DNA from: an uncultured delta proteobacterium
GTDB lineage: Bacteria > Desulfobacterota > Desulfobacteria > Desulfobacterales > JAHEIW01
NCBI GenBank assembly: GCA_963706575.1
Contig: CAVPNL010000005.1
Span: 320,001 to 384,000, forward strand
Reading direction: 5' to 3'
Length of the DNA: 64,000 nt
Part shown: in pieces, positions 50,959 through 61,633 of the stretch
Layout: the number at the start of each line of letters is the position of its first letter
Numbering within the stretch: position 1 is the first letter of the stretch
Notes under the pieces: model-generated
The model's database searches: none
What the model was told of the DNA's origin: nothing
What the model saw: the letters and a program-made list of their open reading frames with translations, nothing else
Position numbers and translations under genes: made by a program

Positions 50959-51322
50959 TGTGGCCTGCGCCAGCCTGGAAACACTGGTGGGCGAAGTCGC
51001 CAAACTAAAAGTGCTGGGCTACCGCTTGGTGACCCTGTCCTGTGTGGAACGGGATGAAGATACCTTTGATATTTTCTATCATTTCGACAAGAACCTCACC
51101 CTCAAGCATTTTAAACTCAACGTCTCCAAAGGTGTCCCGGTTCCGAGTATCACCCCGGTATATTTCGCTGCCTTTTTGGTCGAAAATGAAATCCAGGATC
51201 TGTTCGGCATTGCCTTCGAAGGACTGGCGCTTGATTACGAGCGTACCTTGTATTTAGACGAAGAAGTCAGGGCGACACCATTTTGCAGGTTTACCGTGGC
51301 AAAGGCCGCTCGAAATGAATAG
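50948..51322 (+). CDS. echD: Ech hydrogenase subunit D
   Basis: NuoC-like; YHFD, VPSIT.VY.AAFLVENEIQDLFGI.F. Confidence 0.88.
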   Translation: MLHDVACASLETLVGEVAKLKVLGYRLVTLSCVERDEDTFDIFYHFDKNLTLKHFKLNVSKGVPVPSITPVYFAAFLVENEIQDLFGIAFEGLALDYERTLYLDEEVRATPFCRFTVAKAARNE

Positions 51323-51370
51323 ACGACATATCCGGTGCCGGGTGAATCATAAAGCGGCAGGAGAAGCCAA

Positions 51371-52447
51371 ATGCTGAAAACCATCATACCGTTCGGTCCG
51401 CAACATCCGGTTTTGCCCGAACCGCTGCATTTGAAACTGACGGTGGAAGACGAAATTATTACGGAAGTATTTCCAGCCCTGGGCTTTGTCCACCGGGGGC
51501 TGGAGAATCTTGTAAACCTGCGGGATTTTCAGCAGATGATCCAGGTAATTGAACGGGTCTGCGGGATCTGTTCGATGATCCATGCGATGTGCTTCTGCCA
51601 GGGCATCGAAGAGATGATGGAAGTTGAAGGGCCGCCGCGAGCCAAGTTCCTGCGTATCATCTGGTCTGAATTGCACCGGATGCAAAGTCATCTATTATGG
51701 CTGGGACTGTTTGCCGACAGCTTTGGCTTCGAGAGCCTATTTATGCAATTCTGGAAAATTCGCGAAAAGGTCCTGGACATCAACGAGGCCACCACGGGAA
51801 ACCGGGTTATTATTTCGGTGAATGTCATCGGGGGCGTGCGCAGGGATTTGAGCAGTGAACAGCTAAGATGGATTCTTTGCGATCTTTCTTGGATTGAAAA
51901 CGAGATGGGTCTTTTGGAAACCACTTTGCTGTCAGACTATACGGTTAAAAAACGAACCGTCGGCAAGGGGGTTTTATCAACGGAAAAGGCCTTTGAGTTG
52001 GGCGCTGTCGGACCGACCGCACGTGCCAGCGGAATTGCGCAAGACATGCGCCTGCTGGGATATTCCGCGCTCGGCCAGCTTGACTTTGAGCCGGTGGTGG
52101 AAACCGCCGGCGACTGCTATGCCCGCGGCAAGGTGCGCTTTCAGGAAGTCCACCAGAGTATCAATCTCGTCCGGCAGGCGATTGGCAAGATACCCGCGGG
52201 AGAAATCCGTGTCAAGGTCAAGGGCAGACCCCAAGGCGAAACGTTCACCCGGGTCGAGCAACCCCGGGGCGAACTGTTTTATTATATCAAAGCCAACGGC
52301 TCCAAGAACCTGGAGCGACTGCGAATTAGAACGCCGACCTTTGCAAACATACCGGCCTTGCTGAATATATTGCCCGGCATGTGGCTTTCTGATGTGCCGG
52401 TGGTCGTTTTGTCCATCGATCCGTGCATCAGCTGTACAGAACGGTGA
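51371..52447 (+). CDS. echE: Ech hydrogenase [NiFe] large subunit E (group 4e)
   Basis: GPQHP, L1 ERVCGICS, L2 DPCISCTER at the C-terminus with no cleavable tail. Confidence 0.93.
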   Translation: MLKTIIPFGPQHPVLPEPLHLKLTVEDEIITEVFPALGFVHRGLENLVNLRDFQQMIQVIERVCGICSMIHAMCFCQGIEEMMEVEGPPRAKFLRIIWSELHRMQSHLLWLGLFADSFGFESLFMQFWKIREKVLDINEATTGNRVIISVNVIGGVRRDLSSEQLRWILCDLSWIENEMGLLETTLLSDYTVKKRTVGKGVLSTEKAFELGAVGPTARASGIAQDMRLLGYSALGQLDFEPVVETAGDCYARGKVRFQEVHQSINLVRQAIGKIPAGEIRVKVKGRPQGETFTRVEQPRGELFYYIKANGSKNLERLRIRTPTFANIPALLNILPGMWLSDVPVVVLSIDPCISCTER

Positions 52448-52461
52448 GGGGAGTTACGCCC

Positions 52462-52857
52462 ATGTTCAAAATGACGCCGAATGTCATCCGCAACCTGTTT
52501 CACAAAAAAGCCACGCGACGGTATCCCCGCGTGATCCGGCCGGCATTTGAAAATGTCCGCGGCGCGTTGTTCAATGATGTTGCAAAATGCACTTTTTGCG
52601 GTGCCTGCGCAATCAAATGCCCCTCGCAATGCATCACGGTGGATAAAAAAGCCGGCATCTGGATCTATGATCCGTTTGCCTGTGTTTTTTGCGGGATTTG
52701 TGCAGATATCTGCCCCGCGGAATCGCTTCACCAGCAAAGCGAATATCGTCTTCCGCTTGCCGGACGCGAAACCATTACGCTGAAAGGGGAGCCGAAGCCA
52801 AAGATTGAGAAAACAACCAAGATCCCAGAGGAGAGAAACGATGATTCCAAAGATTAA
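52462..52857 (+). CDS. echF: Ech hydrogenase 2x[4Fe-4S] subunit F
   Basis: ATRRYP, CTFCGACAIKCP, CVFCGICADICP. Confidence 0.9.
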   Translation: MFKMTPNVIRNLFHKKATRRYPRVIRPAFENVRGALFNDVAKCTFCGACAIKCPSQCITVDKKAGIWIYDPFACVFCGICADICPAESLHQQSEYRLPLAGRETITLKGEPKPKIEKTTKIPEERNDDSKD

Positions 52858-53365
52858 CAGAATACTTTATGCGACCGACCTTTCGCCGAATTCTGACTAC
52901 GCATTTCGCTATGCCATCAATTCGGCGATCCAGCATGACGCCAGGATCATCATCCTGCATGTTATTGAATCCATGCCCTCGGCCTTCCATCTCGAAATGG
53001 GATTCATTATGGGCGACGAACAAGCCAAAGAGATTTTCGAAAAGAGCGTCAGTGTTGCACTGGACCGTGTTAAAAAGCGGCTAAAGGTCTTCAGCGAAAA
53101 GGAATTGGCGGACGATCCCAAAGGGGCAAATCGCGTGCAGCGCATTGAAATCTGCCAGGGATTTCCAGCAGAAGAAATTCTCGAGAAGGCAAACGAATTG
53201 GATTGCGACGCGATTGTTATGGGAACCCACAGCAAGGGTTTTCTGGCAAATACCTTTGTCGGCAGCGTTGCAAAAAGAGTGCTTCGTCGAACACGCAAAC
53301 CGGTATTTATTGTTCCACTGCCGACAGGACAGACGGATATCACTTTTAGCGATGATGAAACCTAA
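52841..53365 (+). CDS. Universal stress protein (close paralog of 40749-41267)
   Basis: MIPKI.RILYATDLSPNS...ILEKANEL.CDAIVMGTH.KG, shared with 40749. Confidence 0.92.
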   Translation: MIPKINRILYATDLSPNSDYAFRYAINSAIQHDARIIILHVIESMPSAFHLEMGFIMGDEQAKEIFEKSVSVALDRVKKRLKVFSEKELADDPKGANRVQRIEICQGFPAEEILEKANELDCDAIVMGTHSKGFLANTFVGSVAKRVLRRTRKPVFIVPLPTGQTDITFSDDET

Positions 53366-54461
53366 ACAATCGAGGCCACAATTGAAAGACAGCCGGCATT
53401 CAATCAAAAAAAAGATTCTGAGCGTAAAAGGCGACAGCTCGGCAAATGCATCCTGGCAAAACCATGAGTGGTGGGGGCCGTCCCCTGAAGAATCGCGTCA
53501 TACAGCGGTCAACAAATTTAAAGCGCTGGTGGATAAGCGGGTAAGCTTAAAACAGGCGGTAGAAAAATATATCAAAAATGGCGTCAATATCGGCATCGGG
53601 GGATTCGTCAACACCCGGATCCCGGTGGCGATTATCCATGAAATCATCCGCAAGGGGGCAAAAGAACTGACGCTTTCGTTTCAATCGACCTCAATCTGTG
53701 CTGAATTGTTAGCCGGTGCCATGCTGCTGAATCCCGACCACCTGTCCATTAAACGTGTCGAGCTGGCCTGGTGGGGTTACGAGGTGATCGGTATTGCGCC
53801 ACTGTTGAGGCATCTGGCCGCAAAAGGCATGATTCAGTTTGACGATTATACCAACTATGGCATGTCCGCCAGATTCAAAGCGGCTGCCATGGGCCTCGAG
53901 TTTCTTCCGGTAATGGATCATGGCGGGTCAGACATGGAGCGATTCAATCGCGGAACGATGATCAGAAGCCCTTTTAGCGGTAAGAACACATACCTGGTGC
54001 CAGCCTGTTACCCGGATGTGGCCATTATCCATGCCTCGGCCGCAGATGTTTATGGTAATTGCCGCATATTCGGCCCGCTGTGTACCTGTGCTGAAATTGC
54101 GATGGCGGCGACCTATACCGTTGTCACCACCGAACAGATCATATCAAATCAAAGCATCAGGGCCTATCCCAATTTGACCGAAATTCCATACCTGGTGGTT
54201 GATGCGTTAATTGAACAACCATTCGGTGCCTATCCCGGGCTTTGTTATGGGCACTACTGGTTTGACATGGCGCACATCCGGCTGTTTCGAAGCGCGTCGG
54301 CTGAGTTTCAAAGATCGGGAAATTTAGATCCTTTAAAAAAATACTACACTGACTATATCTTCGGATGTGAAAGCTTTGATGATTTTCTTAAAAAAATTCC
54401 GCCGGAAACTTTGGAAAAAGTAAAGCGCATGGACGGCGCTCAGCCGATTATCGTCGGCTGA
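53352..54461 (+). CDS. Family I (glutaconate-type) CoA-transferase subunit A
   Basis: IGIGGF..R.P, RFKAAAMGL.FLP, PDVAIIH...AD.YGN, PFGAYP; start uncertain. Confidence 0.8.
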   Translation: MMKPKQSRPQLKDSRHSIKKKILSVKGDSSANASWQNHEWWGPSPEESRHTAVNKFKALVDKRVSLKQAVEKYIKNGVNIGIGGFVNTRIPVAIIHEIIRKGAKELTLSFQSTSICAELLAGAMLLNPDHLSIKRVELAWWGYEVIGIAPLLRHLAAKGMIQFDDYTNYGMSARFKAAAMGLEFLPVMDHGGSDMERFNRGTMIRSPFSGKNTYLVPACYPDVAIIHASAADVYGNCRIFGPLCTCAEIAMAATYTVVTTEQIISNQSIRAYPNLTEIPYLVVDALIEQPFGAYPGLCYGHYWFDMAHIRLFRSASAEFQRSGNLDPLKKYYTDYIFGCESFDDFLKKIPPETLEKVKRMDGAQPIIVG

Positions 54462-54495
54462 GGCGACCACGATTTAATTTAACGGGGCTTGAAAA

Positions 54496-55278
54496 ATGAC
54501 GAACTATTCAGCGGTTGAAATGATTGCTTTTACAGGTTCCCGAATGCTGGAAGACAATAAAATTGTCTTTGTCGGAACCGGTCTGCCGATGATTGCCGCC
54601 ATGCACGCGCAGCTGACCCATGCTCCCGGGCTGGGCATGATTTTTGAAGCCGGAGCGCTGTCTCCGGTTCTGGATCTCGGGATCCCGCTGTCGGTCGGCG
54701 ATACCCGGGCCTGCCGGCAGGCCTGCTATTTAAAAGGCTTATGTGCTGTTTTCGAATTGACGCAAAGGGGTTATGCGGATTATGCCTTTATCGGCGGCGC
54801 TCAAATTGATCAGTACGGCAATGTCAACTCCACTTTTGAAGGCGGCTCATATGAAAAGCCCCGAACGCGGTTTCCCGGAAGCGGCGGTGCCGGCGCAATG
54901 GCGGCCAACTGCCAAAAAACGATTATTATCATGGCCCTTGAAAAAAGAAGGTTTGTTAAAAAATTGGATTTCCTTACCAGCATCGGCTTTGGTGACGGGT
55001 CAGCAGCGTTTCGTAAAAAATCCGGCGTGGCGGGATCCGGCCCCTTTCGCGTGATCACGCATGAAGCCCTTTTTGGTTTTGACGAACAAAGCCGCAAGAT
55101 GGTGCTGCTCGAGGTGGCGCCGGGTAAATCCGCTCAACACATTCAAGAGAAAGTGGGCTTTAAATTGCATCTTTCGCCGAATCTTGACGCCATGCCGGAA
55201 CCGACCGAAAAGGATTTAAAGCTTCTCAGAGAAGTATGTGACCCTGAAGGCTATTTTCTGGCAAGAAAAGTTAAATAG
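54496..55278 (+). CDS. Family I (glutaconate-type) CoA-transferase subunit B
   Basis: VFVGTGLP, IFEAG (candidate catalytic Glu), GGAQIDQYGNVNS, RFPGSGGA. Confidence 0.85.
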   Translation: MTNYSAVEMIAFTGSRMLEDNKIVFVGTGLPMIAAMHAQLTHAPGLGMIFEAGALSPVLDLGIPLSVGDTRACRQACYLKGLCAVFELTQRGYADYAFIGGAQIDQYGNVNSTFEGGSYEKPRTRFPGSGGAGAMAANCQKTIIIMALEKRRFVKKLDFLTSIGFGDGSAAFRKKSGVAGSGPFRVITHEALFGFDEQSRKMVLLEVAPGKSAQHIQEKVGFKLHLSPNLDAMPEPTEKDLKLLREVCDPEGYFLARKVK

Positions 55279-55844
55279 CACCGGCGGTCAGCGAAAATAA
55301 TTTCTTTATCTGAAAATCTGAAAATGTCTTCGATGACCATTGGGATCACCCGGGCAGCGGCTTTCCTTACCGGTGGCGTTAGCTCAAAGCCAAAATCGAA
55401 ACAAAACCCCTCTATGCCATAAAGGATAAACCGGCGTGGCAGCCGGTCCAGCGCACGCGCTAACTTCATCGCCCTGGCAAGCCCCAATCGATGCGTGGAC
55501 GGGCTCAAAAAACAATCGGGGATGCGTTGGCCGCTGTCATTGAATCGATGGATTTTTCCGGGGGATGTGCATCTGCCGGAGTTTACGGCATCTATCAAAA
55601 TAACGGCGTCGGTTGCCGCCCAGGATGCAACCAATGCGGCTGCATCGCCGGTTTCCAATTCGATCCGGGCTCCCGGAAGGTTGGCCGCTTTCAGCCGGCG
55701 CGCAATCCACAGACCCACGCCGTCATCACTTCTGGTTTCGTTGCCGATGCCGATAACCCGGATTGGCGCTTGGGACCTGAGTTGCAGCGAATCACAGCTG
55801 CCGCAATTGCCAACCATTTGCACTCCAGTGGCTGATGGGTTCAC
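55251..55844 (-). CDS. Hydrogenase maturation protease
   Basis: VIGIGN..RSDDGVG, ILIDAV, STH; start uncertain. Confidence 0.85.
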   Translation of the reverse strand: MNPSATGVQMVGNCGSCDSLQLRSQAPIRVIGIGNETRSDDGVGLWIARRLKAANLPGARIELETGDAAALVASWAATDAVILIDAVNSGRCTSPGKIHRFNDSGQRIPDCFLSPSTHRLGLARAMKLARALDRLPRRFILYGIEGFCFDFGFELTPPVRKAAARVIPMVIEDIFRFSDKEIIFADRRCYLTFLARK

Positions 55845-57133
55845 TCACGCTGGATTTCGACCTGCAAGAAATGACACGAGCATGAAATGCAGGGGTCGTA
55901 ATTGCGGACGACCTGCTCGCACATCCAGGTTAGTTTTTCATCGGGAAGATCGGCATTTTTGCGGGCAAAATCGAGCAGATCTTTTTCGATGATTTTTTGG
56001 TTCTGGGAAGTCGGAGGGACAATCCTGGCATCCAGAATGATGCCGTTTTCATCCACCCGATAGCGATGCCAGCAAATTCCCCGCGGCGCTTCCGTGCAGC
56101 CGTAGGCGGTGGTGGCGACCGGCTTAAGCGCGATGGACGATTGCGCAGGGGTCTCATAATTTTCGATAAGACGCAACGCTTCGTCGCAGGCATAAACTGT
56201 TTCAATACTTCTAATGATGATGCTCTTGAAGGGGTTGGCGCACGTTGGCGCCATTTTGACTTCACGGGCCGCTTGCTGTGCAACCGGAGATAATTGATCG
56301 AAGTTTAGATTGAATCTTGCCATGGGACCGACCATATAAGCGCCCCGCCCTTTAATTGCGGCGTGCAGTGAGGTGGAATGTTCCACCTGTTCCTCCTGGA
56401 TATAGTGTTCGAAATCACTGATCGGAATTTCAAGCCCTTTATTGGAAATCAGATTTCCATCCATAATTGCATATTCCTGCGGATGGTGCAGGGCGATAAA
56501 TTCATAGTCTTGCTCGAAGTCGGGAAAAGGCAGCTCGGCTGCCCAGCAGACCGTCCTGTAGGCGGCGTCGCGCGCCCATTGGATTCGATCCTTGAGCGAA
56601 AAGAGCTCATCCTTTGCCGGGGCCCGGTAAAATCCGCCGGCTTTGAGGTTTATTGGGTGAATCTCCCGACCGCCGATAAGGGCAACAATCTCGTTTCCGA
56701 GTTTCTTCAGTTGCAGACCCTGTTGGACAATATCCGGATGATCTTTGGCGAGTTCGACGGCATCCGGGTAGCCCAAAAAATCGGGCGCATGCAGCAGATA
56801 AATGTGCAAGGCATGGCTTTCGATCCACTCACCGCAGAAAATCAGTCGACGCAGCGCTCGCAATTGTCCGTCAATCTTCGCAGCGAAGCCGGTTTCCATG
56901 GCCTGGCTGGCACTCACTAAATAAGCGATCGGACATATTCCACAAATACGGGCGGTGATATCAGGAGCCTCCGAGAATTTTCGTCCGCGCAGAAATGCTT
57001 CGAAAAAGCGGGGCGGTTCAAAAATATTGAATTTGGCATCCGATACCATACCGTTTTTAAACTTGATGACTAATCCGCCTTCGCCTTCCACCCGGGCCAG
57101 GTAATCGACTTTAAGATTCTTTCTAGACTTCAT
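55841..57133 (-). CDS. hydA: Group 3b [NiFe] hydrogenase large (alpha) subunit
   Basis: [16 protein letters not shown]1 RICGICP, L2 DPCISCSCH plus a cleavable tail. Confidence 0.92.
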   Translation of the reverse strand: MKSRKNLKVDYLARVEGEGGLVIKFKNGMVSDAKFNIFEPPRFFEAFLRGRKFSEAPDITARICGICPIAYLVSASQAMETGFAAKIDGQLRALRRLIFCGEWIESHALHIYLLHAPDFLGYPDAVELAKDHPDIVQQGLQLKKLGNEIVALIGGREIHPINLKAGGFYRAPAKDELFSLKDRIQWARDAAYRTVCWAAELPFPDFEQDYEFIALHHPQEYAIMDGNLISNKGLEIPISDFEHYIQEEQVEHSTSLHAAIKGRGAYMVGPMARFNLNFDQLSPVAQQAAREVKMAPTCANPFKSIIIRSIETVYACDEALRLIENYETPAQSSIALKPVATTAYGCTEAPRGICWHRYRVDENGIILDARIVPPTSQNQKIIEKDLLDFARKNADLPDEKLTWMCEQVVRNYDPCISCSCHFLQVEIQRE

Positions 57134-57905
57134 GCGCCTCACTCTCCTTGCGAAAAATTTCGGCACAGGCATTGAACCCTCTGAAGGCCAGCAGCAGATC
57201 CTTTTCCTCCATTTCGAGCCGGTCGCCCAACCAGCGGCTTAATGCGTGCGTATTCGCTGATTCTTTCGGGCCGAAGCAGGCATAGCAGCCTCGATGATAA
57301 GCCGGACAGAGGGCACCGCAGCCGGCTTGAGTTACCGGTCCAAGGCAGGGTATGCCTTGAGCGATCATCACGCAGACGTTTCCTTTCATTTTACACTCGA
57401 TACATACGCTGTACGAAGGAATGAGCGGCTTGCGACCCATCAGCAGCGCACTGAGTACCTCAAGCAGCTGATACTTGTTGATCGGGCAACCACGCAGCTC
57501 GTAGTCCACTCGAATATGATCTGAAACCGGTGTGGATTTGCCGAGGGCTTCGATGTATTGGGGTTTGGCATAGACAATCCGGATAAACTCATTGATGTCC
57601 ATAAAATTGCGTAGCGCCTGAATCCCACCGGCGGTTGCACAGGCGCCGATGGTGATAATGGTGTCGGATGTGCGGCGAATTTTGTGGATTCGTTCCGCAT
57701 CATGGGGCGTGGTAATGGAGCCCTCGACCAGAGAGACATCATATGGCCCTCTGATGACGTTGCGGAAGCCCTCGGGAAAATGCGCGATCGTCACCTCACG
57801 GGCAACGGATAATAATTCATCTTCACAATCGAGCAAGCTCAGCTGGCAGCCATCACAGGAGGCAAATTTCCACACGGCAATTTTGGGTTTTCGCTTTGAT
57901 TGCAT
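57123..57905 (-). CDS. hydD: Group 3b hydrogenase small (delta) subunit
   Basis: [45 protein letters not shown]...GCYACFGP. Confidence 0.9.
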   Translation of the reverse strand: MQSKRKPKIAVWKFASCDGCQLSLLDCEDELLSVAREVTIAHFPEGFRNVIRGPYDVSLVEGSITTPHDAERIHKIRRTSDTIITIGACATAGGIQALRNFMDINEFIRIVYAKPQYIEALGKSTPVSDHIRVDYELRGCPINKYQLLEVLSALLMGRKPLIPSYSVCIECKMKGNVCVMIAQGIPCLGPVTQAGCGALCPAYHRGCYACFGPKESANTHALSRWLGDRLEMEEKDLLLAFRGFNACAEIFRKESEAHEV

Positions 57906-57906
57906 G

Positions 57907-58746
57907 TCAGATCTCCTGTTTGCGAAACAGATGTTCAACCTGGCTATATAGGAAAACGGGCCCATCTTTGCAGACAAATTTCGGTCCCATCTGGCAATGC
58001 CCGCAAAAGCCGACCCCGCATTTCATATTGCGTTCCATTGAAATATAGATATGGTTGTCCGCCAGACCACGATTTTTAAGTTCCTTGATCGTATAGTACA
58101 TCATGATTTCCGGGCCGCACAGCATGGCGAAAGTATTGGCAGGGTCACATTGCAATCTGGATATCAGGGTGGTGACGACCCCGACGTTGCCGTGCCATCC
58201 TTCCCTGGCGCTGTCCACGGTTACATTGATTTCCAGATCAAATCGGCCGCGCCATTTCTCTATTTGGTCGCGGTATATCAGATCGCCGGGAGTTCGTTCG
58301 CCATAAATCAAGATGACCTGGCCGTATTTTTCTCGATGCGACAGGATATAATAGAGTACCGGTCTGAGCGGCGCAACGCCGATGCCGCCGGCACAGAGCA
58401 AAATGTCATGCCCGCTGAGTGTTTCGATCGGCCACCCCCTGCCGAAAGGACCTCTAAGGCCAAGACGGGCTCCTTTTTTCAAAGTCATCATGCGGCTGGT
58501 TACCGATCCGTAGGCGCGCACCGTATGAACGATTTTAGCGGCATTTGAGGGATCGCCGCTGATGGAAATCGGCACCTCACCGATACCATACAGGTAAAGC
58601 ATGTTAAACTGGCCGGGCCGGAAGTGAAATCCAGCATTTTTGTTTTGGGGCCGAAATTCCAAAGTGAACGTGTCATGGGTCTCGGGAATAAAGCGCTCAA
58701 CGGGATGAAATACAGACAGCATTGGCTCTTTGTTAACTGCTTTCAT
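57907..58746 (-). CDS. hydG: Group 3b hydrogenase FAD/NAD(P)-binding (gamma) subunit
   Basis: [48 protein letters not shown]...VCKDGPVF. Confidence 0.9.
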   Translation of the reverse strand: MKAVNKEPMLSVFHPVERFIPETHDTFTLEFRPQNKNAGFHFRPGQFNMLYLYGIGEVPISISGDPSNAAKIVHTVRAYGSVTSRMMTLKKGARLGLRGPFGRGWPIETLSGHDILLCAGGIGVAPLRPVLYYILSHREKYGQVILIYGERTPGDLIYRDQIEKWRGRFDLEINVTVDSAREGWHGNVGVVTTLISRLQCDPANTFAMLCGPEIMMYYTIKELKNRGLADNHIYISMERNMKCGVGFCGHCQMGPKFVCKDGPVFLYSQVEHLFRKQEI

Positions 58747-58759
58747 TAGCCCCTTCCTT

Positions 58760-59221
58760 TCAAGCGTATTTTCCGTAGACATCCAACAACTGGAGCCTTG
58801 TCGCCTGAAGGCGCTCAACCACAATTTTTGAGAACCGCTTGAGCAATTCATAGCCCAGGCGATGATTTGCTTCAGCTTCCTGCCTTAAAAAGATCCCGTC
58901 CCATGCAAAGGCGGCCGTATCCTGAATGGCCCTGGCATCGAAGCGGCGCCGGTAAGGCGGGAAAAGCCATGACCATCCTAAAATTTCCCCGGCGCCGACG
59001 GTTTGAATAACCAGGACCCCGCGCTCCGCCGAAAATAATTCAACAGCGACTTTTCCCTGCCGGATGAGAAGAAACTGGTCGGCTTCATTCCCCTCGCGAT
59101 AAATCATTTGTTTAGCATTGAAACTCGCATGGGCAGCCGAAGCGCTAAAAATTTTCAGCAGGTCGGAGTCGAGATTCTCAAAAAAAGGGTGCCCGGCCAG
59201 CTCGCTTTCTGATATCTTCAT
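58760..59221 (-). CDS. Cyclic-nucleotide-binding (Crp-like, no HTH) protein
   Basis: IYREG..AD.F.LI..GKV, GEILGWSWL, RLQATRLQLLDVY. Confidence 0.85.
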   Translation of the reverse strand: MKISESELAGHPFFENLDSDLLKIFSASAAHASFNAKQMIYREGNEADQFLLIRQGKVAVELFSAERGVLVIQTVGAGEILGWSWLFPPYRRRFDARAIQDTAAFAWDGIFLRQEAEANHRLGYELLKRFSKIVVERLQATRLQLLDVYGKYA

Positions 59222-59236
59222 CGATATTCTCCTTTT

Positions 59237-60388
59237 TTATGCATTAAGCCCCGGCGGCATTCTCTCCTGCAGAATTGCACTTGCTTCCTGGCTGATGTCA
59301 ATTCCTACCGGGCACCACGTTATGCAGCGCCCGCATCCCACACATCCGATCTTACCGAATTGATCAGCCCATGTGGCCAGTTTATGGCCGAGCCACTGTC
59401 GATAGCGGGATGCGACCGAAGCGCGTATCGTTCCGCCATGCATGTACGAGAAATCCTGCGTGAAACAGGAATCCCATCTGCGCCAGCGCTCGGCCCTGTC
59501 GCCGCTGAGAGAATTTGAATCTTCAACGCTGTGGCAAAAGCAGGTCGGGCAAACCATGGTGCAATTGCCGCAGGCCAGACATTTTTTGGCCGTTTGATTC
59601 CACCGGTGATGCTCAAATTTTTCGAAAAAAATGGACCTCAGATTCGATGTGTCCAAAGACTTGCCCACTTGCGATCGGGCCCGCTCGAGCACCCTTTGCT
59701 CAAGGGTTATCTCCTTTTCAGCGGCCTTGCGGCCGTCCACTTTACTGAGCATTTTTTCCCCGCCGCGACTGCCAGCTTCTGCGACAAAGAAGTGGCTGCC
59801 TTTGGCCTTTACTTCGGTTAAAACGATATCAAAGCCGGATGTCGCTGCGGGACCGGTATCCATTGAAACACAAAAGCAGGTCTGTGCGGGTCGCGAACAA
59901 TTTACCGCCACCAGAAACGCCTGCTTGCGTCTGAGTGTGTACGTCGGATCAAAAAAATCACCGGTATTAAAAACGTTGTCCAGGATAGCCATGGCACTCA
60001 GTTCGCACGGTCGAACGCCGATGAATGCGTATTTCGGAGCTTTTTGCGCTTGCTCGACGCTTTCGAAACCGGTATCGCTTCGTCTGGCCTGCCACAGCCG
60101 CTCTCGCGGGGGATGAAGATACTTTTTCCAGGAGTGCGGGCCCAAAGCGTATCCAAAAAAAGTGTCATTCTTACTTCTTTCCAGGCGATAAGTCCCGGCC
60201 TCCTGAAAATCCGTCCAGCCGATCGGCAGTTCTGATATGGACCGCAACTCACTGAGAATAACGGCTTTATCTCGAACGGTAGGCCCGATGGTTTGATAGC
60301 CCTTGACTTGCAGCAGGTTCAATATTTGTTCAAGACCTTTTTTCTCGATGACGCGCTTATCTCCAACAGGTAAAATAATTTTGGACAT
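59237..60388 (-). CDS. hydB: Group 3b hydrogenase Fe-S (beta) subunit
   Basis: GVRPCE, CFCVSM.TGP, CLACGNCTMVCPTCFC, RRWDSCF, CVGCGRCITWCP. Confidence 0.9.
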   Translation of the reverse strand: MSKIILPVGDKRVIEKKGLEQILNLLQVKGYQTIGPTVRDKAVILSELRSISELPIGWTDFQEAGTYRLERSKNDTFFGYALGPHSWKKYLHPPRERLWQARRSDTGFESVEQAQKAPKYAFIGVRPCELSAMAILDNVFNTGDFFDPTYTLRRKQAFLVAVNCSRPAQTCFCVSMDTGPAATSGFDIVLTEVKAKGSHFFVAEAGSRGGEKMLSKVDGRKAAEKEITLEQRVLERARSQVGKSLDTSNLRSIFFEKFEHHRWNQTAKKCLACGNCTMVCPTCFCHSVEDSNSLSGDRAERWRRWDSCFTQDFSYMHGGTIRASVASRYRQWLGHKLATWADQFGKIGCVGCGRCITWCPVGIDISQEASAILQERMPPGLNA

Positions 60389-60448
60389 GCCGGTTTTCCT
60401 CCGAAAAGAGCGGTGCCGATCGTTGAGATATCTTTAATACCCGGCGAT

Positions 60449-60464
60449 TGCACCAATTGTGCCA
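60449..60464 (-). promoter_or_regulatory. Sigma-54 promoter of the group 3b hydrogenase operon
   Basis: Minus strand TGGCACAATTGGTGCA. Confidence 0.75.
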
Positions 60465-60559
60465 ATCCCTGCAGAAGGTGTTTATTGCAAATATATCCGA
60501 AGATTAACAAAATGCTTCCCGGAATTTATTTTAGTGAGACAAAAAAATAATTAAGAAAG

Positions 60560-60597
60560 TTGAAATTTTGCGAAAAAAATTTCGAAACTTTTCGAAA
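60560..60597 (+). promoter_or_regulatory. 38-bp enhancer, copy 5 (between two divergent sigma-54 promoters)
   Basis: TTGAAATTTTGCGAAAAAAATTTCGAAACTTTTCGAAA; 84 nt to the + strand promoter and 95 nt to the - strand promoter. Confidence 0.8.
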
Positions 60598-60681
60598 ACC
60601 CGGGAGACCGGGCGATACGCTTTGCGGGTGAGCCGTGCTAATAAACCAAAATTATTGTATTATATTAATTCTGAAATCTGC

Positions 60682-60697
60682 TGGCATGGTTTCTGCT
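60682..60697 (+). promoter_or_regulatory. Sigma-54 promoter of the FNT channel
   Basis: TGGCATGGTTTCTGCT. Confidence 0.75.
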
Positions 60698-60733
60698 TTC
60701 ATACGGTCTAACAATGAGCTGATAACCCCAATA

Positions 60734-61537
60734 ATGGCCTATAAACCCCCATATGAGATCGTCAGATCAGTGAATCAAGCCGGACTGGTTAAAGCGCGCA
60801 TGGGTTTAGCCAAAACGCTGATTATGGGATTTTTGGCGGGCGCTTTCATCGCCTTCGGGGGGTTGCTGGCGATTATGGTCGGCGGCGGCATACCCGCAAT
60901 CAAATCCGCCAATCCCGGCTTGCAGAAGTTTATCTTTGGAGCGGTTTTCCCGGTGGGGCTCATGCTGGTGGTTATCGCCGGCGCTGAACTTTTCACCGGC
61001 AATACGGCCGTTAGCATTCCCGGTGTTCTGTCCGCAAGAATTCGCTGGTTTGGATGGCTCAAAAACCTGATTCTTTCTTATTCGGGAAATCTGGCGGGCT
61101 CTCTTTTCGTGGCCTACTTTCTGGCCTATCAAACCCATCTGGTGGACAGCCAGCCCTGGTTGAGCTTTGCTATCAATATTTCCCAAGAAAAGGTTTCCCA
61201 TCATTTTTGGGTGCTGCTGCTCAGGGGGGTCGGCTGCAACTGGCTGGTCTGTCTGGCCATCTGGCTGGCAATTGCCTCGGATGATGTTGCCGGTAAAATT
61301 CTGGGTATTTGGTTTCCCATCATGGCGTTTGTGGCCCTGGGATTTGAGCATTCCATCGCCAACATGTTTTTTATCCCTTTGGGTATTTATTGCGGCGCGC
61401 AGGTGAGCTGGTATCAGTTTTTCATTGTCAATCTCATTCCCGTAACCCTTGGTAACATTCTAGGAGGAAGTTTTTTTGTAGGTGTGATATACTGGTATAT
61501 CTATGAGCATAAAGTTAAATCGGATCAACCCCTTTAA
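60734..61537 (+). CDS. Formate/nitrite transporter (FNT) family channel
   Basis: LAGAFIA.G, FPVGL, GAELFTGN, GNL.G, CNWLVCLA.W, GFEHSIANM, VTLGNI.GG. Start moved to ATG 60734, downstream of the promoter. Confidence 0.92.
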   Translation: MAYKPPYEIVRSVNQAGLVKARMGLAKTLIMGFLAGAFIAFGGLLAIMVGGGIPAIKSANPGLQKFIFGAVFPVGLMLVVIAGAELFTGNTAVSIPGVLSARIRWFGWLKNLILSYSGNLAGSLFVAYFLAYQTHLVDSQPWLSFAINISQEKVSHHFWVLLLRGVGCNWLVCLAIWLAIASDDVAGKILGIWFPIMAFVALGFEHSIANMFFIPLGIYCGAQVSWYQFFIVNLIPVTLGNILGGSFFVGVIYWYIYEHKVKSDQPL

Positions 61538-61633
61538 AGCACGCTGTAATTTTTAAAATATCGCCGGAATTGATCCACATCGATACCGTATGCCGGTATT
61601 ACCGATTCGCAAGAATGAATTGGGGGTTTTAAA

